From: an uncultured delta proteobacterium | GTDB taxonomy: Bacteria > Myxococcota_A > Polyangia > Fen-1088 | Reading direction: 5' to 3' | Assembly: GCA_963767925.1 (NCBI GenBank) | Contig: CAVYGB010000004.1 | Span: 64,001-128,000, forward strand | DNA: 64,000 nucleotides | Shown here: positions 56,883 through 64,000 of the stretch, piece by piece | Numbering within the stretch: position 1 is the stretch's first letter | Layout of the letters: each line of letters opens with the position of its first letter | The notes under the pieces: model-generated | Told to the model about the DNA's origin: nothing | The model's database searches: none | The model's input: the letters and a program-made list of their open reading frames with translations, nothing else | Made by a program: the position numbers and the translations under genes

Positions 56883-58718
56883 TCAATGTGCCATGGCACG
56901 CCCGGCCCGCGTCACCCGCGGCCGGTTGACCACCTTGGGCTTGCGGGCGGGCACCCGGCGGAGCTCGCGCGTGCGGACCCGGGGCGCCTCGTCTGCCTCG
57001 GCCATCTCGGGCCCGGGCGCCAGCGCGCGAGGAGGGAGCGGCGCGGACGGGTCGGCGACGGCCAGCGTCTCGATCGTCACGCCGGACGTGCGTCCGCTCG
57101 CCGAGCCCCCGAGCGAGGGCGGCAACGCCGGCGACACCTGGAGCTGCTGCCAGACCGCCCCGGCCACGAACGCCATCATGCCGATCACCGCGCCCTGGGC
57201 GACAACCCGCACGCTCCGCCCGCGCAGCAGCGCGAGCAGCGAGGCGGCCGCCGTCCGGGGAGAGGCGACCCGACCGGGACGGGCCGGCGCTGCCGGAGAC
57301 ATCGGCCGGGCCAGCGGGCGGGGCTGGGGGCGGGCCGGCGCGCCGGGCAGGGCACCGGGAAAAACCCCGGGGATCGGCTGGTCGATCGCGGTCTGGTCCG
57401 CCGGCTCGTCGGCCACCGCGATCGCCACCTCCGGCGGGCGGCCGCCCGCGCGCGCCGGCGCCTCGGCGATCGCGCGCGCCATCGCGCTGGCCAGGGCGGC
57501 CGGCTGCGCCTGCCCCGGCTTGTTGCCCCGCTGGCGCAGCAGCGCCGTCAGCGCGGGCACCACCCGGGTGATCGGCCGCTTGGCCGGCAAGTGGGTCGGC
57601 AGCACGGTACGGGAAGTCGAGGCCGGCCGGGGCAGCGAATCGCGCGCGTTCATCCCCCCGCGGGCCATCGCCGCCAGCGCGCGCATCGAATCGTCCGGCG
57701 CCGGCAGCAGGGTCGACAGCATCCGCTGCACGTCCTCGGCGCTCTTGCGGCGACGCGAGGGCGCACGTTCGAGGAGCTGCATGATCAGCCCGTCGAGCGC
57801 CGGCGGCACGTCGGCCCGGATCTGGGAGGGCCGGGCCACCGTGTTGGCCGTGCTGGCGACGGTGGGGAAGAGCGGCTGCGAGCAGACCAGCTCCCAGAGC
57901 ATCACGCCGAGCGCGTACAGGTCGCTGCGGGCGTCGCCCGGCACCCCGGCGAGCTGCTCGGGCGCATGGTAGACGGGGCGGGCCCGGGTGAGGCTGTTCG
58001 AGCCCGCGCTGCCGCGGGTGACGAAGCTGACGATGCGGGCCGCGCCGAAGCCGACCAGCTTGATCTCACCGGTGCGCAGGACCGCGACGTTGCTCGGGCG
58101 CAGATCCCCGTGGCTGAGCAGGAGCGGGCGGCCGTTGCCGTCGTCGACCCCGTGGCCGTAGGCCAGGCCGGCCGCCACCTCGCGCCCCACGTAGACCGCG
58201 ACCTCGAGCGGCAGGCGCTGGCGCTGCGCCCGCCGGGCCGACGCGACGTGGGCCAGGGTCAACCCGTCGAGGTATTCGAGCGCCAGGTAGGGCACCCCTT
58301 CGATCGCTCCGGCGGCGTGGGCCCGCACGACGTTGGGGTGGCGGAGCAGCCCCATGGTGCGGACCTCGCTGGCGAACATGCGGGCGAAGGCCGGCGATCC
58401 GGTCAGCTCGCGGGGCAGCAGGCGCAGCAGGCACAGCCGCTCGCCGCTGGTGCGCGCGTCGGACCAGAGCGCGTGATACTGCTCGACCGAATCGGTGGCC
58501 GGCACCCGCTGTATCAGACGAAACGGCCCGAAGCGGGTGGGCGCCCCGGCGTTGCTGACGCCGCTGACGCTGCCGTTGCCGGCGGTGGTGCTGACGCCAC
58601 TGACGCTGCCACCCGTGTTGCCGACGCCGCCTGGTCCCCGGACCACGGCCACCGACGTGGATCGCCGGGAAGGCCGCTCGGGCAAAACTGACGGCAAGCT
58701 CGAAGGCTGAGTAGCCAC
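56883..58718 (-). CDS. Membrane-anchored Ser/Thr pseudokinase
   Basis: Kinase fold (HPNVV, LEYLDG, HGDLRPSN, APEQ, SDLYALG), but no Gly-rich loop, CLLR in place of VAxK, and GFG in place of DFG; TM segment near the C-terminus. Confidence 0.8.
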   Translation of the reverse strand: MATQPSSLPSVLPERPSRRSTSVAVVRGPGGVGNTGGSVSGVSTTAGNGSVSGVSNAGAPTRFGPFRLIQRVPATDSVEQYHALWSDARTSGERLCLLRLLPRELTGSPAFARMFASEVRTMGLLRHPNVVRAHAAGAIEGVPYLALEYLDGLTLAHVASARRAQRQRLPLEVAVYVGREVAAGLAYGHGVDDGNGRPLLLSHGDLRPSNVAVLRTGEIKLVGFGAARIVSFVTRGSAGSNSLTRARPVYHAPEQLAGVPGDARSDLYALGVMLWELVCSQPLFPTVASTANTVARPSQIRADVPPALDGLIMQLLERAPSRRRKSAEDVQRMLSTLLPAPDDSMRALAAMARGGMNARDSLPRPASTSRTVLPTHLPAKRPITRVVPALTALLRQRGNKPGQAQPAALASAMARAIAEAPARAGGRPPEVAIAVADEPADQTAIDQPIPGVFPGALPGAPARPQPRPLARPMSPAAPARPGRVASPRTAAASLLALLRGRSVRVVAQGAVIGMMAFVAGAVWQQLQVSPALPPSLGGSASGRTSGVTIETLAVADPSAPLPPRALAPGPEMAEADEAPRVRTRELRRVPARKPKVVNRPRVTRAGRAMAH

Positions 58719-58905
58719 CTGAACCGTCAGTGTACGCGTTCACCCCCTACAGCTCAATCCCGCTTTGTGTTTTGTACCACTATCGTATCGGCCCAAGTAA
58801 TGCCCCCTTACGGGCGCTTCCTCGAGCGGGTTCCTACCGGAAGGTAAGTTGCGTCGACGTGGAGGTGTATTGCAGCAGGTGAGGGATTGGTGACATTCTC
58901 CGACC

Positions 58906-59850
58906 ATGCAACGGGGTGCCCGCTTCCTCGTCGCCCTGCCGGCCTCCAGCGTAACGGCCGCCGCCCTCCGGGGCACCGTCCTGCTTGCCGCGCTGGCAGC
59001 GGGGTGCGTCGACCTGGCGCGCCCACCCGAGCTGGTGCTCCTCGCTCCCGACTCCGGCGCGGGCGGTGCCGGAGGATCCGGTCCGCCGGTCCGCCTCGAC
59101 GGCCCGTCGCCCTCGCCCTCGGGCAACGACCCGGACGGCGGCCCCGACGTTCCCGCCGTCGAGGGACCCGGGCCCGACGCCGCCCTCCCGATCGGCGACG
59201 CCCCGCGCGCAGACGACGCGCCCGCTCCGGCAGGCTCCGACGGGGGCGTGACCGACGCGCCTGCCTCCGAGGTCCCAGCCTCCTCCGACGCGGCCGGTCC
59301 CGAGGCTGCGCGCCCCTCCGATGCCGCCTTGCCACCGGACGCGCCCCCACCGGCGCCCGACACCGCGCCGCCGCCGCCCGATGCCGCTCCGCCCGACACC
59401 GGCCCGCCCGCGCTGGTGATCGACAACTTCCAGGATGGCGATCCCGCTCGCAACACGCTGGCCGGGTCGGTGATCACCGCCAACCAGATCGTCGCGATGA
59501 CCGCTGGCGAGGGCCGCTTCGTCTGGAATGGCGCCGGCCGCTCGCAGGACTTCGCCGAATACCTCCGGGCGGACGGCTGCGGGCAGGACACGCGCATCTA
59601 CCGGACCCTGCGCTTTCGCATGCGGGCCTCGGTCCCCAACAAGATGGTCTTTCTCGTCATGGGTCGGGCCAACGCGACCTGCGCCCTCGCCGGCAACACG
59701 GACATCGGCAACGTCACGCTCGGCACGACCATGGCGACTTACGACATCGATCTGACCAGTTTTGCTCGTGAGGGCGTCGGCTTTTTCCAATGGGTCGCGG
59801 TTCCGGACGCCACGGTCTATTTCATAGACGATATCGAGCTGATTCCGTGA
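58906..59850 (+). CDS. Lipoprotein with a Pro/Asp/Ala-rich stalk and a C-terminal carbohydrate-binding-like domain
   Basis: Lipobox AAGC; PDA repeats; LVIDNFQDG...YRTLRFRMR...YDIDL..F...YFIDDIEL (CBM11/CIA30-like pattern). Confidence 0.65.
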   Translation: MQRGARFLVALPASSVTAAALRGTVLLAALAAGCVDLARPPELVLLAPDSGAGGAGGSGPPVRLDGPSPSPSGNDPDGGPDVPAVEGPGPDAALPIGDAPRADDAPAPAGSDGGVTDAPASEVPASSDAAGPEAARPSDAALPPDAPPPAPDTAPPPPDAAPPDTGPPALVIDNFQDGDPARNTLAGSVITANQIVAMTAGEGRFVWNGAGRSQDFAEYLRADGCGQDTRIYRTLRFRMRASVPNKMVFLVMGRANATCALAGNTDIGNVTLGTTMATYDIDLTSFAREGVGFFQWVAVPDATVYFIDDIELIP

Positions 59851-59960
59851 TCGCCTAACACGTCGTGTTCTCGAGACCGGTCGGGTAACGAGACGGAAGC
59901 CTGCTTCTGCGCGGCGCCTTCTTGTAGAGTGCGTCCCGTTTTTCCCGCAGAGGAGTCGCC

Positions 59961-62630
59961 ATGACGAGAGCTTCCCGACTCGCCCCTTTCCTCGCCATTT
60001 TTGTCGCGATCTGGTGCTGGTCAGGCACCGTCGCCGCCCGAAGCCTGGGAGCCGCCTCGGGTCCCAGCCGCGTGCTGCTCGATTCCGCCTGGGATCTGCA
60101 GACCTCCGCCAACGTGCGGTCGACCGGCGCGGAGCTGTCGACCGCGGCGTTCACGCCCAACGCCTGGCACACCGTCGCCGTGCCCACCACGGTGGTGGCC
60201 GCGCTGGTCAAGAACGGCATCTTTCCCGATCCGTACTTCGGGATGAACATCCGCGCGATCCCGGGCACGACCTACAAGGTTGGCTCCAACTTCTCCAACG
60301 CGGATATGGCCAAGGACAGCCCCTTCTCGGTGCCCTGGTGGTACCGCAAGGAGTTCAAGCTGCCGGCCAGCCACAAGGGCAAGACCACCTGGTTGACCTT
60401 CGAGGCCCTGAACTTCCGGGCCAACATCTGGGTCAACGGCAAGCAGGTCGGCAGCGCCAGCGACGTCGCCGGCTCCTGGCGACGCTTCGAGATCGACGTG
60501 ACCGCCGCGGTGAAGCCAGGCGCGCTCAACGCCCTGGCGGTCGAGGTGTTCCCCCAGAAGAAGGACGACCTCGGCATCACCTTCGTCGACTGGAACCCGG
60601 TCCCGCCCGACAAGAACATGGGCCTGTGGCGCGAGGTCTACCTGACCGCGAGCGGCCCGGTCTCGGTCCGCCACCCGGCGGTCTTCACCAAGCTGAACCC
60701 GCCCGCCAACGACAACGCCGATCTCACGGTGGCGGCGGTCCTGCGCAACGCCAGCGACAAGCCGATCACCGGCAAGCTGCGCGGCCGCATCGATCGCCTG
60801 CGCTTCGAGCAGGAGGTCACGCTGGCCCCCGGCGAGAGCAAGGACGTGGCCTTCGAGCCGGCGAAGTTCCCCCAGCTCAAGATGTCGCGCCCGCGCCTCT
60901 GGTGGCCGGCCCAGATGGGCACCCCCCACCTCTACGACGTGCGCCTGGACTTCGTGGTCAGCGGCCGGACCTCGGACTGGGCGGCGGCCCCCTTCGGCGT
61001 GCGCGAGGTGCAGTCGGAGCTGGACGCCGAGAAGCGGCGGTTCTTCACCGTCAACGGCAAGAAGGTCCTCATCCGGGGCGGCGGCTGGTCCTCCGACATG
61101 ATGATGCGGGCCGATGCCAAGCGGCACGAGGACGAGCTCCGCTACGTCCTCGACATGAAGCTCAACACCGTCCGGCTGGAGGGGAAGATCGAGACCGATC
61201 ACTTCCTCGACTACGCCGACCGCCACGGCATCCTCGTGATGGCCGGCTGGTGCTGCTGCGACCACTGGGAGAAGTGGGACCGCTGGAAGCCCGAGGACTA
61301 CACCATCGCCGCCGAGTCGCAGCGCGATCAGCTCCTGCGGCTGCGCCGGCACCCCAGCGTGTTCGTCTGGCTCAACGCCAGCGACATCCCCCCTCCCGCC
61401 CCGGTCGAGAAGCGCTACCTCGAGGTGGCCTCGGCGGTGCGCTGGCCCAACCCCACCATCTCCTCGGCCGCGATGAAGAAGGCCGAGCTCACCGGCGACA
61501 GCGGGGTCAAGATGCAGGGGCCCTACGAATGGGTCCCTCCCGTGTACTGGCTGGAGGACACCAAGAAGGGCGGGGCTTACGGCTTCAACACCGAGACGAG
61601 CCCGGGCCCGGCGGTGCCGCCCATCGAGAGCCTGCGCCGCATGTTGCCGCCCGACAAGCTGTGGCCCATCAACGAATACTGGGACTTTCACGCCGGCGGC
61701 GGGCAGTTCAGCAACATCAAGGTGCACACCGACGCCCTCACCGCCCGCTACGGCGAGGCCAAGTCGGCCGAGGAGTACACCTTCAAGTCGCAGCTCATGG
61801 CCTATGAGGGCATCCGGGCGATGTTCGAGGCCTTCAGCCGCAACAAGTACACCTCCACCGGCGTGATCCAGTGGATGCTCAACAACGCCTGGCCCAGCGT
61901 CATCTGGCACCTCTACGATCACTACCTGCGCCCCGGCGGCGGGTACTTCGGGGCCAAGAAGGCCAACCAGGATCTCCTGCCGCTCTATTCACCCACCGAC
62001 GGCTCGATCTGGGCGGTCAACAGCACCTACCGGGACGTCAAGGGGCTCAAGCTGCGGGCCCGTCTGCTCAACCTCGACATGGCCGAGAAGTTCTCCAAGG
62101 AGGAGAGCTTCGAGCTGGCCGCCGACGGCACCAAGAACCTGCTCACCATCCCGAAGAATCTGCCCGGGGTGACCTCCACCCACTTCGTGCACCTCGCGAT
62201 CTTCGACAGCAAGGGGGCCGAGGTGGGCAGCAACTTCTACTGGCTGTCGACCAAGCCGGAGACCCTGGTCCACGACAAGGCCAAGTGGTACGTCACGCCC
62301 ACCAGCAGCCTGGCCGACTTCACCGCGCTGTCGCAGCTCCCCCAGGTGACGCTGAAGGTGCAGAGCCGGTCGCAGCGCCAGGGCCAGCGCGGCCTGACCC
62401 GGGTGGTGCTGGAGAACCCCAGCCGCAGCCTGGCCTTCTTCGTGCGGCTCAAGGTGAACAAGGGCAAGGGGGGCGACGAGGTCCTGCCCGTCCTCTGGGA
62501 GGACAACTACGTCTCGTTGCTGCCCGGCGAAAAGCGCGAGCTCGAGGCCAGCTACCGCACCGCCGACCTGGAGGGCACCCGCCCCGAGGTCGAGGTGACC
62601 GGCTGGAACATCACCACGGTGCTGATGTAG
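59961..62630 (+). CDS. csxA: GH2 exo-beta-D-glucosaminidase (CsxA-like), secreted
   Basis: FVDWNPVPPDKNMGLWR, IRGGGW, LNTVRLEGK, GWCCCDHWE, NASD, GPYEWVPP, FNTETSPG, WMLNNAWPS; RBS GAGGAG. Confidence 0.85.
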   Translation: MTRASRLAPFLAIFVAIWCWSGTVAARSLGAASGPSRVLLDSAWDLQTSANVRSTGAELSTAAFTPNAWHTVAVPTTVVAALVKNGIFPDPYFGMNIRAIPGTTYKVGSNFSNADMAKDSPFSVPWWYRKEFKLPASHKGKTTWLTFEALNFRANIWVNGKQVGSASDVAGSWRRFEIDVTAAVKPGALNALAVEVFPQKKDDLGITFVDWNPVPPDKNMGLWREVYLTASGPVSVRHPAVFTKLNPPANDNADLTVAAVLRNASDKPITGKLRGRIDRLRFEQEVTLAPGESKDVAFEPAKFPQLKMSRPRLWWPAQMGTPHLYDVRLDFVVSGRTSDWAAAPFGVREVQSELDAEKRRFFTVNGKKVLIRGGGWSSDMMMRADAKRHEDELRYVLDMKLNTVRLEGKIETDHFLDYADRHGILVMAGWCCCDHWEKWDRWKPEDYTIAAESQRDQLLRLRRHPSVFVWLNASDIPPPAPVEKRYLEVASAVRWPNPTISSAAMKKAELTGDSGVKMQGPYEWVPPVYWLEDTKKGGAYGFNTETSPGPAVPPIESLRRMLPPDKLWPINEYWDFHAGGGQFSNIKVHTDALTARYGEAKSAEEYTFKSQLMAYEGIRAMFEAFSRNKYTSTGVIQWMLNNAWPSVIWHLYDHYLRPGGGYFGAKKANQDLLPLYSPTDGSIWAVNSTYRDVKGLKLRARLLNLDMAEKFSKEESFELAADGTKNLLTIPKNLPGVTSTHFVHLAIFDSKGAEVGSNFYWLSTKPETLVHDKAKWYVTPTSSLADFTALSQLPQVTLKVQSRSQRQGQRGLTRVVLENPSRSLAFFVRLKVNKGKGGDEVLPVLWEDNYVSLLPGEKRELEASYRTADLEGTRPEVEVTGWNITTVLM

Positions 62631-62709
62631 GCGCAGGCGCGCTCCGCGGGAGCCCCGAGGCGGGCGCCAGGCAAGGGCCGGCGCCCGCCAGATGCGCTAC
62701 CCTTGGGGC

Positions 62710-63309
62710 GTGGTGGCGCGGGCGGGTCGAGCGGGCAGGGCGCTGGTCCAGGGGCTGGCGCTGGCGGCGGCGCTGGCGCTGGTTGCCGGCGGCTGTGACA
62801 GCAACGGCGGCGAGCAGAAGGTCGACGCCATCGTCGACCGGCCGGTAGAGTTCGACGCCCGGGTCGAAGGCCCCGACGGCGGCGAGCCCGACGGGCCGCC
62901 CGACCGCGCGGACGCCGGCCCCGACGCCCCGGACGACGCCGAGCCCGACGGCCCCATCGACACCCGCATCTTCCCCGACGTGATGCCCGCCGAGCTGGTG
63001 CTGACCCCGGCCTCCTTCGACTTCGAGGCCGTCACCGTCGGCGCCACCGCCAGCCACACCTTCCAGCTCGAGAACGTCGGCCAGGTCGGCTCCGGCACCC
63101 CCGACATCCGGGTCTCCGGCGCGACCGACGACAACTTCCACGTCATCGCCAACGGCTGCCAGACCTCGCTCGACCCCCACACCTCCTGCACCATCGAGGT
63201 GGAGTTCGCCCCCTCGGCCACCGGTGACCAGGGCGCCCTGCTGGAGGCAGAGGCGTCCCCCGGGGGCCGGGTATCCTCGCAGCTCGAGGGCACGGGCGCG
63301 CCGCCCTAG
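62710..63309 (+). CDS. Lipoprotein with an acidic linker and an Ig-like (choice-of-anchor D/ASH-like) domain
   Basis: Lipobox AGGC; LTPASFDF..V.VG...TFQLENVG...NGCQTSL...SCTIEVEFAP...LEGTG. Confidence 0.75.
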   Translation: MVARAGRAGRALVQGLALAAALALVAGGCDSNGGEQKVDAIVDRPVEFDARVEGPDGGEPDGPPDRADAGPDAPDDAEPDGPIDTRIFPDVMPAELVLTPASFDFEAVTVGATASHTFQLENVGQVGSGTPDIRVSGATDDNFHVIANGCQTSLDPHTSCTIEVEFAPSATGDQGALLEAEASPGGRVSSQLEGTGAPP

Positions 63310-63505
63310 AACGCCGAACGGTTTGAAAGTGCAGTAAACAAGCGGCCTTCCGGAGCGGGACGCAGGCGTCGAGGCTGCGATCGATCACCTCGAGGTTGTG
63401 GACGGCGGCTGCGCGCCTGAGGTCGAAGAGGTTCTTGCGGGTTCCGCAGTATCGGGCGCGATTGCCCTGCCTACGCCCGAGGTGGGCGAGGCGAAGCTCG
63501 ACGGC
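63306..63505 (-). mobile_element. 3' end remnant of an IS1182-family element
   Basis: VELRLAHLGRRQGNRARYCGTRKNLFDLRRAAAVHNLE...RKAA; the element ends ...GTTCGGCGTTCTAG at CTAG 63306-09. Confidence 0.65.
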
Positions 63506-63829
63506 GCCCTGAACTACTTCCGGCACCATCGAGGGCGTATGCGCTACACCAGCTTCGCCCGCAGGAGGATGCCCATCGGCTCCGGCATCGTTGAGGCCGC
63601 GTGCAAAACCCTGGTCACCCAGCGCCTCAAGCGTTCGGGCATGCGCTGGCGGCACCCGGGCGGCCAAGCGATTCTCACATTGCTTGCCCTCGAGCAGAGC
63701 GGCCGTTTCGATCGCGCCTGGAAGATCCTCGCGGCTACCTACCGGCACGATGATCGACTGCCCGAGAACATCGTCGACATCCGCTCAGGCAAGAGACCCA
63801 ATTGACCCGTCAGGATGGGACCTGCACCC
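63506..63829 (+). mobile_element. 3' end remnant of an ISKra4-family element
   Basis: ALNYFRHHRGRMRY...PIGSGIVEAACKTLVTQRLKRSGMRW...QAILTL; putative right end ...CTGCACCC at 63829. Confidence 0.75.
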
Positions 63830-64000
63830 TCGCGGGGGATGCGCCCGGTGGTGTCGTGCTTGCGGGCGTGATATTCGCCGCTCAGCCATGCCCAGTGCAG
63901 ACTCCAACCTTTACTTGCGGCGCAGCCACGATGGCAGCTGTAGCCGGCCATAGATTTCCGAGGAATTTTGACCCCCGGGATCAAGACTTGGCCCGCTTGG

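Overview
High-GC, gene-dense bacterial DNA with strong myxobacterial (Myxococcota) hallmarks: many Ser/Thr kinases, FHA-sigma54 activators, PEGA/TPR and VWA lipoproteins, an ActD-like protein and a MYXO-CTERM-like tail. I can support about 50 CDS. They include a TonB-receptor/YfiR/histidine-kinase signalling cluster, a subclass B3 metallo-beta-lactamase, an ECF sigma-ActD-like-copper monooxygenase module, pyrD, pyk, a GH2 exo-glucosaminidase, an OPT transporter with an acyl-CoA synthetase, and a C25 peptidase. There is also a lower-GC islet with toxin-antitoxin genes and two back-to-back IS remnants. I saw no rRNA, tRNA or CRISPR array. The most notable non-obvious signals are: (i) one promoter-like motif, GGTGWCACT-N13-GGTGTTTCC, upstream of both the ECF sigma gene and a CxxCH/copper-monooxygenase lipoprotein gene; (ii) an intergenic 49-bp x ~7.8 tandem array that is homologous to the inside of a BoxC-like repeat doublet 34 kb away; (iii) a candidate small RNA divergent from an XRE regulator; (iv) three intact pseudo-enzymes (PPTase-like, VirB1-like and a pseudokinase). 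Several single-base frameshifts are probably assembly errors. All family assignments come from motif recognition by eye; no database searches were run.
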